Source of the DNA: an uncultured Ruminococcus sp.
GTDB lineage: Bacteria; Bacillota; Clostridia; Oscillospirales; Acutalibacteraceae
Direction: 5' to 3'
Assembly (NCBI GenBank): GCA_902785365.1
Contig: CACZYC010000002.1
Coordinates: forward strand, 5,011-69,010
DNA length: 64,000 bases
Below, one piece after another: positions 11,774 to 21,005 of this stretch. A model generated the notes under the pieces. That model worked only from the letters and a program-made list of their open reading frames with translations. It was not told the DNA's origin and searched no databases. A program made the position numbers and the translations under genes. Position 1 is the stretch's first letter, and each line of letters opens with the position of its first letter.

Positions 11774-11807
11774 CAGATATTCATGCCTGAGAGCAGAGGA
11801 CTATCCG
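11774..11807 (-). promoter_or_regulatory. Putative L19 leader RNA
   Basis: Minus strand CGGATAGTCCTCTG...ATGAATATCTG forms a CGGAUA/UAUCUG stem just upstream of the rplS SD; resembles the Firmicutes L19 leader from memory. Confidence 0.5.
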
Positions 11808-11875
11808 CTTCAAATTACGGCTGAATGCCGAGTATTGAACCCCATTACACAGTAACGGTATCCAAATGCCTAAAT

Positions 11876-11904
11876 ATCATACCACAAACAAAGATGAAAT
11901 GCAA
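11876..11904 (-). promoter_or_regulatory. SigA-type promoter of rplS
   Basis: TTGCAT, 17-bp spacer, TATGAT with extended -10 TG. Confidence 0.55.
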
Positions 11905-11927
11905 GTATTTTTTGCATCAAAAGAAAA

Positions 11928-12851
11928 TTATTTGCTTATATTTCTGAGCTTATCAAGATATACGCTGAAATAATCAGGTAAATCCGATACAAATTCCATA
12001 TATTCACCCGTATTTGGATGTATAAATCCAATTTTTCGTGCGTGCAGACACTGGCTTTCCAAATTTGTCTTTTCATTTTTTACGCCGTAAACCTTATCGC
12101 CCGAAACAGGATGACCTATATAGGCGCAATGAACACGAATCTGGTGTGTCCTGCCTGTTTCAAGTCTGAACTTCATATATGTATAGCCTTTAAGGCGTTC
12201 TATAACTTCATAATGAGTAACAGCGTTTTTTGAGTTCTTATCGGTAACGGCCATTTTCTTGCGATCGGTGTGATGTCTGCCTATCGGAGCGTCAATCACC
12301 CCTGCATCATCCTTGATGTTACCGAAAACAATAGCCTCATATTCTCTTGTAAGACTATGATCTTTGATTTGTTTGGCAAGACTTTTATGGGCGTTATCAT
12401 TTTTAGCTACAAGGAGCAATCCGCTTGTATCCTTGTCTATCCTGTGAACAATCCCGGGACGTAAAACACCGTTAATGCCCGAAAGATTATCCTTGCAATG
12501 ATACAAGAGCGCGTTAACAAGAGTTCCTGTATAGTTACCCGCGGCAGGATGAACGACCATACCTTTTGGCTTGTTTACAACAATCAAATCATCATCCTCA
12601 TAGACGATATCCAGAGGGATATTTTCAGCTTCTGCCTCATATTCAACGGGATCGGGAACCAAAACGCGAATCTCATCCCCGGATTTGAGTTTATAATTTT
12701 TTGCGATATTCTTATTATTTACTTTAATATTACCGTCCGCAATAAGATTAACCAGAGAGGAACGTGTTAGTTCTTCGATTCTATCGGAAAGAAATTTATC
12801 AATCCTGACACCGATATTTTCGGAGTCCGCCAAAAATGTATAATCAGTCAT
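11928..12851 (-). CDS. rluD: RluA/RluD family 23S rRNA pseudouridine synthase
   Basis: N-terminal S4 domain, NKPKGMVVHP, HRIDKDTSG catalytic Asp, TGRTHQIRVH. Confidence 0.9.
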   Translation of the reverse strand: MTDYTFLADSENIGVRIDKFLSDRIEELTRSSLVNLIADGNIKVNNKNIAKNYKLKSGDEIRVLVPDPVEYEAEAENIPLDIVYEDDDLIVVNKPKGMVVHPAAGNYTGTLVNALLYHCKDNLSGINGVLRPGIVHRIDKDTSGLLLVAKNDNAHKSLAKQIKDHSLTREYEAIVFGNIKDDAGVIDAPIGRHHTDRKKMAVTDKNSKNAVTHYEVIERLKGYTYMKFRLETGRTHQIRVHCAYIGHPVSGDKVYGVKNEKTNLESQCLHARKIGFIHPNTGEYMEFVSDLPDYFSVYLDKLRNISK

Positions 12852-13311
12852 TTTTCTTGTCCTTTTTTATAAAGTCCGAAAAAAACAGCAGATATATAAC
12901 CATAAGCACCGCGCCAATTGTGATACAATAATCAGCAAAATTACATACGGGCGGGAAAAAGCTTATGCTTAGATAATCAACAACATAGCCGTAAAAAATT
13001 CGATCTATAAGATTGCCTATTCCACCGCCAATAATCAAAATAGCGGCAATATTAAAAAGCTTACTGTTTATATTTTTGCGAATCATTATAATAATCAAAG
13101 CTATGATTATAACAATTGTAAACGCTATAAAAATCCACCTGGCGTCTGAAAGCATGCCAAACGCCGCGCCTTTATTCTCAACATATTTGAGAGAAAACAA
13201 ACCCGGAATAACTTCAACCGTGCCAACAGGCTTCAAATTGTTTATAACTAACAGCTTCAAAATGTAATCAACGGCGGCTACAACAACAGACAGAATTAAA
13301 ACTAATAACAT
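12844..13311 (-). CDS. lspA: Lipoprotein signal peptidase II
   Basis: NKGAAFG, GGGIGNLIDR, FNxAD-like CNFAD; hydrophobic segments. Confidence 0.95.
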   Translation of the reverse strand: MLLVLILSVVVAAVDYILKLLVINNLKPVGTVEVIPGLFSLKYVENKGAAFGMLSDARWIFIAFTIVIIIALIIIMIRKNINSKLFNIAAILIIGGGIGNLIDRIFYGYVVDYLSISFFPPVCNFADYCITIGAVLMVIYLLFFSDFIKKDKKND

Positions 13312-13332
13312 TAAATCACTCCGTATAGGAAA

Positions 13333-13361
13333 AATCGGTGTAGATTTTGGCTACACCGATT
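13333..13361 (-). terminator. Terminator-like hairpin after ileS
   Basis: 11-bp perfect stem aatcggtgtag / ctacaccgatt followed by a short T run on the minus strand. Confidence 0.6.
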
Positions 13362-13381
13362 ATAGTTTTTTATCATGAAAA

Positions 13382-16147
13382 TTACTCAAAGAACTTACAG
13401 CACTTATCACATAACGTAGGATGAGCGGTATTTAATCCGACTGTTTTACTGATTGTCCAGCAACGTTCGCACTTCTCGCCTTCAGCCTTTTCCACTTTGA
13501 TATCAAGATCTCCCCCGCCGTTTATAATCTCTACATCAGAAACAATAAGAGCGGGTTTAATTTCGTCCTCAACCTTCATGAGGAAGTCGTAATAATCGCC
13601 TGAAGCCGTAAGAGTAACTTTTGATTCAAGAGAAGATTTGATAGTTTTGTCTTTAACAAGAACCTCAATCTCTTTCTTCACATCATCTCTGAGCTCATGA
13701 ACCTTCTCCCAAAGGGCCATAAAATCGTCATCAACATCAATGTCAATAACCTTGGGCATATCATTAAAGAGAATATTCTCAGAATTATCAGATGATTTGT
13801 GAGGCATATAATTCCAGATTTCATCGGAAGTATACGCTAAGATAGGAGCTAACATTCTGGTCATAGCGTCAAGAATAAGATAGATAGCTGTCTGAGCCGA
13901 ACGGCGGGATAAGCTGTCCTTCTTCTCTGTGTATAATCTGTCTTTCAAAACGTCAAGATAGAAGTTCGACATATCTACTACACAGAAGTTATGAACACTG
14001 TGATAAACCTGATGGAACTCGTATTTATCATATGATGAGTTAGCTTTTTCAATAAGATTGTTTAGCGTCTTAACAGCCCATTTATCAATATTAAGAAGCT
14101 TATCCGTACTTACCATATCGGTATCGGGATTAAAGTCGGAAATATTGCCGAGAATGTAGCGTGCTGTGTTACGGATTTTACGATACGACTCAGACATCTG
14201 TTTTAATATTTCTCTGGAAATATTGATATCTGACTGATAATCTGACGAAGCAACCCAAAGTCTAAGCACATCAGCGCCGTACTGCTGAATAACTTCCTGG
14301 GGACTGATGCCGTTTCCGAGAGATTTACTCATCTTGCGGCGCTCCATATCAAGAATCATACCGTGTGTAAGCACAGTCTTGTAAGGAGCAACTCCGTCAG
14401 TCGCGACAGAAGTCAGAAGTGAGGACTGGAACCAACCTCTGTACTGGTCATTACCCTCAAGATACATATCGGCAGGATAACGCAGATAGTTGCGGCGTTT
14501 AACGACAGATGTATGAGAAGAGCCTGAGTCAAACCATACGTCCATGATGTCCTTTTCTTTTTCGAATTTAGAGCATCCGCACTTGGGGCACTTGGTATCC
14601 TCGGGTAAAATCTCATCCGCTTCTTTTTCAAACCAAGCGTTTGAACCTTCCTTGCCGAACAAATCAGCAACAGCTAGCATCGCTTCTTTATCTACAAAAG
14701 GCTCGCCGCAATCAGCGCAGTAGAAAATCGGGATAGGAACACCCCATTTGCGCTGACGGGAAATACACCAGTCTTTGCGGTCTCTAACCATTGATGTAAT
14801 TCTGTCTTTACCCCAAGCGGGAACCCACTCAACGGTATTAATAGCATCAATAGCCTTGTCCTTGAAATCGTCAACCGAGCAGAACCACTGGTCGGTAGCT
14901 CTGAAAAGTATGGGAGACTTACATCTCCAGCAATGAGGATACTGGTGAATAATCTTTTGTAAAGCGAAAAGTGAACCGCTCTCATCAAGATTTATAGCAA
15001 TTTTTTTATTAGCTTCTTCAGTTGTTAAACCTGCAAACTGTCCCGCTTCTTCAGTCATAACGCCGTCAGCGTTAACAGGACAGATAACAGGAATCTCAGG
15101 ATAATTTTGGCATACATTATAGTCATCGACACCGTGACCGGGAGCTGTATGAACACAGCCCGTACCGCTTTCAAGAGTAACGTGCTCACCTACGATAATC
15201 AGAGACTCTCTGTCTATAAACGGATGCGCTGTTTTCATATACTCAAGCTCGCTGCCCTTAATAGTAGCGACAACTTCGTAATCGGTGATTTCAGCAGTTT
15301 CCAAAGCTCCTTTGTAAAGGTCGGTAGCCATAATGAGATATTCATCATTGACCTTAATAATTGAATATTCAAAGCGGGGACCTACACAAATAGCGACATT
15401 AGCGGGTAAAGTCCATGTAGTAGTCGTCCAAATCACAAAGCTAACCTTGGACGGATCAATATCCATAGCTTTAAACTTGCCTAAATCATCAGTAACTTTG
15501 AACTTAACATAAATAGAATGGCAGGGATCTTCGGCATATTCAATTTCAGCCTCAGCAAGCGCGGTTTTACATTCGGGACACCAGTAAACAGGCTTTAAAC
15601 CCTTATAGATATATCCTTTTGAAGCCATTTCAGCGAAAACTTTAATCTGCTCCGCTTCAAACTCATGCTTTAAAGTGATATAAGGATTATCCCACTCACC
15701 GATACATCCCAAACGCTTAAACTGGTCGCGCTGGTCATTGATATAACCTGTTACAAACTCCTCGCACATTTTTCTGAGCTCAAGAACACTGATATCGGCT
15801 GAACTGCCGATACCCGCTTTTGCTCTGGCTTTGAGCTCTGTGGGGAGACCGTGAGTATCCCAACCCGGCACGAAAGGTGACTTAAATCCCGCCATATTTT
15901 TATAACGGACAATAAAGTCTTTCAAAATCTTATTGAGCGCGTGGCCGAGATGAATATCACCGTTAGCGTAAGGAGGTCCGTCGTGTAACACATACAACGG
16001 CTTGCCCTCATTATGCTCCATAAGTTTATTATATACGTCGTTATCTTCCCATTTTTGCAGTGTAACAGGCTCACTCTTAGGTAAGCCTGCTCGCATTGGA
16101 AATTCTGTTTTGGGAAGATTTAATGTGGAATTATAATCCTGAGACAT
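13382..16147 (-). CDS. ileS: Isoleucyl-tRNA synthetase (type 1)
   Basis: GPPYANGDIHLGH, KMSKS, C-terminal zinc finger CERCW...CDKC. Confidence 0.98.
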   Translation of the reverse strand: MSQDYNSTLNLPKTEFPMRAGLPKSEPVTLQKWEDNDVYNKLMEHNEGKPLYVLHDGPPYANGDIHLGHALNKILKDFIVRYKNMAGFKSPFVPGWDTHGLPTELKARAKAGIGSSADISVLELRKMCEEFVTGYINDQRDQFKRLGCIGEWDNPYITLKHEFEAEQIKVFAEMASKGYIYKGLKPVYWCPECKTALAEAEIEYAEDPCHSIYVKFKVTDDLGKFKAMDIDPSKVSFVIWTTTTWTLPANVAICVGPRFEYSIIKVNDEYLIMATDLYKGALETAEITDYEVVATIKGSELEYMKTAHPFIDRESLIIVGEHVTLESGTGCVHTAPGHGVDDYNVCQNYPEIPVICPVNADGVMTEEAGQFAGLTTEEANKKIAINLDESGSLFALQKIIHQYPHCWRCKSPILFRATDQWFCSVDDFKDKAIDAINTVEWVPAWGKDRITSMVRDRKDWCISRQRKWGVPIPIFYCADCGEPFVDKEAMLAVADLFGKEGSNAWFEKEADEILPEDTKCPKCGCSKFEKEKDIMDVWFDSGSSHTSVVKRRNYLRYPADMYLEGNDQYRGWFQSSLLTSVATDGVAPYKTVLTHGMILDMERRKMSKSLGNGISPQEVIQQYGADVLRLWVASSDYQSDINISREILKQMSESYRKIRNTARYILGNISDFNPDTDMVSTDKLLNIDKWAVKTLNNLIEKANSSYDKYEFHQVYHSVHNFCVVDMSNFYLDVLKDRLYTEKKDSLSRRSAQTAIYLILDAMTRMLAPILAYTSDEIWNYMPHKSSDNSENILFNDMPKVIDIDVDDDFMALWEKVHELRDDVKKEIEVLVKDKTIKSSLESKVTLTASGDYYDFLMKVEDEIKPALIVSDVEIINGGGDLDIKVEKAEGEKCERCWTISKTVGLNTAHPTLCDKCCKFFE

Positions 16148-16168
16148 AATATCTACTCTCCAAAAAAA

Positions 16169-16861
16169 TTATTCGTCGTCTACGTCGTAATTCTCGCCAA
16201 ATTTCAAATTAGAAAACTTGTTGTCCTCGGGCACAAACTCTGTACCTGTGGATACAGGCTCGAATGTATCCTCAACCTGTGAAACATCAACTACATCCTC
16301 TTCTTCGGGAACAGTAGTAACGGGCTTAACATAATCAGGTTCAACATTCTCAAATTCTTCCTCAACAGGAGCTGTAGGATACTTGCGGTTGAGCTCTTCC
16401 TGCTCACGAGCTACAACAGCGTCTGTGGGAAGAGTGTTGATTGTTTCCATGTGTTTCTTATAAAGAGCCTCAAGCTCCGAACGCAACTCAACAGAATCGT
16501 TCTTGAGCTGAAGGTAAACTTCTTTCTGTTTAGCCGTCGTAGCGTTAGCTTCTTTCTGAATTGACGCAGCTTTTGCCTCAGCGTCGGAAATAATAGCCGC
16601 CGCTTTAGCGTTAGCTTCCTTAACAGACTGATCGGCAATTCTCTGTGATGTAAGCAGAGCGTTTCTTACTGTTTCCTCGTCAGCGCGATACTGCTCAACA
16701 CGAGTAGCGAGAATATCCATCTTTCTGATTAACTCGGCTTTTTCTTTTTTCATCTGCTCAAACGTAAGAATAACTTCATCAATAAAAGCGTCTACATCTT
16801 CGCCTCTGTAACCTCTTCCTCTTCTGAAAGATATGTCTTTGATTTCGTCAATTGTTAACAT
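16169..16861 (-). CDS. divIVA: DivIVA domain cell-division protein
   Basis: N-terminal F..RGY...DVDAFIDEV, long coiled coil, position between ylmH and ileS. Confidence 0.88.
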   Translation of the reverse strand: MLTIDEIKDISFRRGRGYRGEDVDAFIDEVILTFEQMKKEKAELIRKMDILATRVEQYRADEETVRNALLTSQRIADQSVKEANAKAAAIISDAEAKAASIQKEANATTAKQKEVYLQLKNDSVELRSELEALYKKHMETINTLPTDAVVAREQEELNRKYPTAPVEEEFENVEPDYVKPVTTVPEEEDVVDVSQVEDTFEPVSTGTEFVPEDNKFSNLKFGENYDVDDE

Positions 16862-16872
16862 ATTTACAACTC

Positions 16873-17622
16873 CTATCTATAATGTACAATATTGATTTTA
16901 AGTCTCCCTTTTTTTGTAGTTGAGGACTGTTCGTTTATTATAAACTTACCATTACCGCGAATGGTGAGAATATCATCAGGTTTTAAAAAATAACTGACTT
17001 TACAGTTCTCGGTATAATTGGTAAATACCTTTCCTGAGTTAATTAATGAAGCGGCTTTCGCTCTTGAAAGCTTTGTAATAGCCGATACAACTGAATCAAG
17101 TCTCATAGAACTGACAATGTAGGTTAAAACCTCGGTGTCAGGCTCATAGGAAATATCACATTCATTTTCGGGAATCAACTTCACGCCCGCTCTTCCGATT
17201 TTAGAAAGTTGAGATTTGATATAATCGCTTACTTCACTTTTAACAAATACCGCGGCATAACCGTCACCTACGATTATATCACCGACACAAACACGTTCGA
17301 TTCCGAGGCCCATAAGGGAACCGAGAAAATCACGATGGGATAAAGAATCCTCCTTACGAAACTTATAACAAAGCTTTTCTATCGGAAAATCTTCCTTCGA
17401 AACTTTATAATCAAACGCGCACAATACTTTTCTTGCAGCGTTTTCATAGCCGCCAAAGAAAAACATTCTATCCTGAGCAAAACTAAACTGTCGGGAAATA
17501 ATATACTGTTCCCTTTCATTTAAAAAACCGAGAAAAGATGGTTTGTGTCTGATTTGAGATAGGCTCAGTGCGTCGTCAACTCTCGAAAATAAGTTGTTAT
17601 CGTCTTTATCAGAAGTAAACAC
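16873..17622 (-). CDS. ylmH: YlmH/Sll1252 family S4-domain RNA-binding protein
   Basis: HRDFLGSLMGLGIER, GDI, C-terminal S4 SMRLDSVVS...IRGNGK; start position uncertain. Confidence 0.88.
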   Translation of the reverse strand: MFTSDKDDNNLFSRVDDALSLSQIRHKPSFLGFLNEREQYIISRQFSFAQDRMFFFGGYENAARKVLCAFDYKVSKEDFPIEKLCYKFRKEDSLSHRDFLGSLMGLGIERVCVGDIIVGDGYAAVFVKSEVSDYIKSQLSKIGRAGVKLIPENECDISYEPDTEVLTYIVSSMRLDSVVSAITKLSRAKAASLINSGKVFTNYTENCKVSYFLKPDDILTIRGNGKFIINEQSSTTKKGRLKINIVHYR

Positions 17623-18061
17623 CGCTGTGCTCTAACTCATCAAGCAAATCGTCGCCGGTGAGGTCAACGTTATTAGGGATAATAATAAATGTGCTGGTAG
17701 CAACTCTCTTAATCTTACCGCGGTTAGCGTAAGCGACACCACTGAGGAAATCTATAATTCTTCTGGAAATATCCTTTTTAGTCTCCTCAAGATTAAGAAC
17801 TACAGTATGAGTTTTAATAAGCTCATCAGCTATCGCTCTTGTTTCCTCGCCAAAATTCTCAGGTCTGAAAATAGCAACCTTAAGCTTAGCCGTAGCGCTG
17901 ATGTTTACAACCTTATTACGGCGTGATGAAGGAGTATATGTAGCGACGTCGTCATATTCCTCTTCCTCATTCTCCGCGTATCCGTACTCGTCGTAACCGT
18001 TATCGTACTCCTCGTCAGGAGCGTCCCACATGCGTTTAAACTTGTCTACAAAATTAGCCAT
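17609..18061 (-). CDS. sepF: Cell division protein SepF
   Basis: VVLNLE...RIIDFLSGVAYA...FIIIPNNV core; ATG 18061 behind GGAGG. Confidence 0.93.
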   Translation of the reverse strand: MANFVDKFKRMWDAPDEEYDNGYDEYGYAENEEEEYDDVATYTPSSRRNKVVNISATAKLKVAIFRPENFGEETRAIADELIKTHTVVLNLEETKKDISRRIIDFLSGVAYANRGKIKRVATSTFIIIPNNVDLTGDDLLDELEHSGVYF

Positions 18062-18078
18062 TACTTTATCCTCCAAAT

Positions 18079-18795
18079 TTATTTGTTATAGTTACGAGCG
18101 CCAAAAAGTGATGAACCTATACGCACCATATTAGCGCCGGACAAAATTGCTTCATAATAATCAGCCGACATTCCCATGGAAAGAATGTCCATAGAAATAT
18201 TATCTATGTTTTTGCTCGAAATGTCAATGAATATATTGTTCATTTTAGCAAAAAAATTAGAAATTTTTTGTTTACTATCACAAATCGGCGGTATAGTCAT
18301 TAGACCTTTAACCGAAATATTATCAAAATCTTTTATCTCATCAAGTAATTCGTGAAGATTTTCGGGCAAAACTCCGCTTTTGCTTTCTTCCATACCTATA
18401 TTCACTTCTACCAGTACATCGGTGCAAATGTTGTTCTTAGCGGATTGTTTGGAAATCTCCTTGGCAAGTTTAACGGAATCAACAGACTGGATCAAATCAA
18501 CCTTGCCGACGATTTGTCTAACCTTATTGGATTGTAAATGACCTATAAACTGTAAAGAAGTATTTTGAAGGTTATAGTCATCATATTTTGAAAGCAGCTC
18601 CTGAACCTTATTTTCGCCTATGTATCTCAAACCGAGTGAAATAGCGTAATTTATAACCTCGGCGTCAACTGTTTTTGTGGCGGCAAGAAATGTTATATCT
18701 TCCCTGCTTTTACCGACTTTAGCGGCAGCTTCGGCTATTCTCTCCTCGATTAAGTGATAATTATAATTTATGTTATCTAATAACTTTTCCGTCAT
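18079..18795 (-). CDS. yggS: YggS/YlmE PLP homeostasis protein
   Basis: AATK, GENKVQE, IGHLQSNK, GLMTIP, LSMGMS, VRIGSSLFG. Confidence 0.95.
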   Translation of the reverse strand: MTEKLLDNINYNYHLIEERIAEAAAKVGKSREDITFLAATKTVDAEVINYAISLGLRYIGENKVQELLSKYDDYNLQNTSLQFIGHLQSNKVRQIVGKVDLIQSVDSVKLAKEISKQSAKNNICTDVLVEVNIGMEESKSGVLPENLHELLDEIKDFDNISVKGLMTIPPICDSKQKISNFFAKMNNIFIDISSKNIDNISMDILSMGMSADYYEAILSGANMVRIGSSLFGARNYNK

Positions 18796-20068
18796 ATAAA
18801 TTATCTCCTTTTACTATTACCTGATCATAAAGTTCAATAGTTTCGCCGCTGAACAGCACACCATCATCGGGGTTAGGGTCACATAATACATAATCGCTCG
18901 ACGAATAGATAATATGTATTTCCTTGAACTGCAGTTCAGATCCGTGAAGAACATAGACACCCTGAACCTTTTTCTCCTTGGTAATTTTATTTCCATTTTT
19001 GTCTTTAACAGTCTTTTCAACTACGGCTTCATGAATAGCGCGTTTAGCTACCTTGATTCCTTCGAAAGAAAGAGTAGTGATTTCAAGTTTTTCGTTTCTT
19101 GCAAGAGCAAGGAAACTGTCCATATAGTTGCACTCAAGCACCAATACGGCGCTATCCTTCTTGCTTGTCTGATTGATTGAATAAATCTTTGCGGGAATGC
19201 TTTCTGCTGTAAGAGAAGGCATTTTTACGCTGATTGATTTTCCTATATTCATCAGCTTTGACAACCCCACAGCATCATCAGCGCTGATTTCGCAGGCAAT
19301 ATACCATTCGGGGTTAATAATAACTTTACCCACAACATTCTTAGGTACTTTATTTTTTTTGACATTCTTCAAGTCGCTTAGCAGTATATTTTTAACGTTA
19401 TCGTATTTTATGGAATGCTCAAAACCGTCAGGTGAAGATACAAAATATCCCGCTTTATCGGAAGAAACAGTTCCAATGCTTTCGGAACAATTGGATTCAA
19501 GGTCTTTTTTCTTGGATTTCAACTGTGAGATTTTAGAGGAAAAATCTTTAGCCTCTCCTGTAATCATCTGTCTTTCGCAAATTGAAAGCAATAAGTCATT
19601 GCTCAGTTTTTTAGCGTCTGAGTATTTACCCGAATTAACATTAGTCAATACCGCGAATAAGTTATTATTTATCTGGTTTTCAACAGTTTCCAGGCTGACG
19701 CTGTCCTTGTAATAGTTTTCGCTGAGTTCCCTCAGACTTTTTATCTGAGCGTCAATTTGTTTAATCTGCTGACGATAAACAGCGTCATTTTCGTTGTTAA
19801 ATACATCTGCAATTGTTTGTCCCACGCTGACGTCGTCGCCGTCGTTAACATCGTATGACAAAACGCCGTCAGTATCATTTCGAATGTATTGCTCATTACG
19901 GATAACAAAACAATCCGTATGAATAACATCTGAAATTACGGTATCGACAGCTTCTTCGGTTTCAACTGTTTTGTTGATATTGGAACCCGCGATAAGATAA
20001 ACAATATATGAAATTATAAGAATAGATAATACGGCAATTAAAATTCTTTTAAATAATAATTTATCCAT
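18773..20068 (-). CDS. Membrane-anchored HlyD/membrane-fusion-like protein of unknown function
   Basis: One N-terminal TM helix, split lipoyl-like halves (DGVLSYDVNDGDDVSVG ... SDKAGYF) around a coiled coil; no transporter nearby. Confidence 0.6.
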   Translation of the reverse strand: MDKLLFKRILIAVLSILIISYIVYLIAGSNINKTVETEEAVDTVISDVIHTDCFVIRNEQYIRNDTDGVLSYDVNDGDDVSVGQTIADVFNNENDAVYRQQIKQIDAQIKSLRELSENYYKDSVSLETVENQINNNLFAVLTNVNSGKYSDAKKLSNDLLLSICERQMITGEAKDFSSKISQLKSKKKDLESNCSESIGTVSSDKAGYFVSSPDGFEHSIKYDNVKNILLSDLKNVKKNKVPKNVVGKVIINPEWYIACEISADDAVGLSKLMNIGKSISVKMPSLTAESIPAKIYSINQTSKKDSAVLVLECNYMDSFLALARNEKLEITTLSFEGIKVAKRAIHEAVVEKTVKDKNGNKITKEKKVQGVYVLHGSELQFKEIHIIYSSSDYVLCDPNPDDGVLFSGETIELYDQVIVKGDNLYDGKVIR

Positions 20069-21005
20069 TTATAAACCTTCTTATGATACTTTTGATACTA
20101 TCAAACTGTTCATTGGTGGATTTTAGTTTATCAATATAAATCCAATTAATACTATCATTACGTCTGAACCATGTCAATTGACGTTTTGCATAATGTCTTG
20201 TCTCGGTTTTTAGACGTTCAACGCAAGAATCAAGATCATCAGTCCCGTCAAAATACGGCTGAAGCTGTTTATAACCTATTGCCTTTGAAGCGGTAGCGCT
20301 CAAATCAGAATTCAAAACAGCCTTTGCCTCGTCAAGCAATCCGTATTCAAGCATAATATCAACACGCTTGTTCACTCTCTCGTATAAAAACTGCCTGTCG
20401 CAGGCGGTCAAACCAAAAACAAGAGATTCATAAGCGCTTTCCTTCTTCTTGCTTTTCATATTTTGTTCGGTAATAGTAGTACCCGTAGTTCTATAAAACT
20501 CAATAGCTCTGACAATCCTCTTGGGATTCCTTTCAGAGGACAAACGCTCTGCGGACTCAGGGTCGAACTGAGCGAGCATATCAAGCATATAGTCAATTCC
20601 ATTTTTTTCGAGGATCAAATACAATTCTTCCCGAATTATATCATCATTACTGTTTTCAACAAAATCAATACCATTCAGCAGAGAATCAACGTATAATCCC
20701 GTACCACCGCAAATAATAGGAGTTTTACCTTTGGAAACTATTTCGGAAATCGCGTTTTGAGCGTCAAGAACATACTGACCTACGGCATAAGATTTATCCG
20801 CGGGCAAAAAATCAATAAGATAATGCTTTATACCCTGCATTTCTTTTACCGAGGGTTTAGCCGTAGCGATATTCATTCCTTTATAAATCTGCATACTGTC
20901 CGCGGAGACAATCTCACCGTTAAAGTTTTTAGCCACCTCAATTGAAAGAGAGGTTTTCCCCGAAGCAGTTGGACCTACTATCGCAATAACTTTAGTTTTC
21001 ATCAT
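20061..21005 (-). CDS. miaA: tRNA dimethylallyltransferase
   Basis: GPTASGKT, SADSMQIYK, GGTGLY, AIGYKQ, YAKRQLTWFR. Confidence 0.97.
   Translation of the reverse strand: MMKTKVIAIVGPTASGKTSLSIEVAKNFNGEIVSADSMQIYKGMNIATAKPSVKEMQGIKHYLIDFLPADKSYAVGQYVLDAQNAISEIVSKGKTPIICGGTGLYVDSLLNGIDFVENSNDDIIREELYLILEKNGIDYMLDMLAQFDPESAERLSSERNPKRIVRAIEFYRTTGTTITEQNMKSKKKESAYESLVFGLTACDRQFLYERVNKRVDIMLEYGLLDEAKAVLNSDLSATASKAIGYKQLQPYFDGTDDLDSCVERLKTETRHYAKRQLTWFRRNDSINWIYIDKLKSTNEQFDSIKSIIRRFING

Noticed and set aside
19197-19712. 171-aa plus-strand ORF
   Set aside because: Antisense to the MFP-like gene; composition typical of a reverse frame
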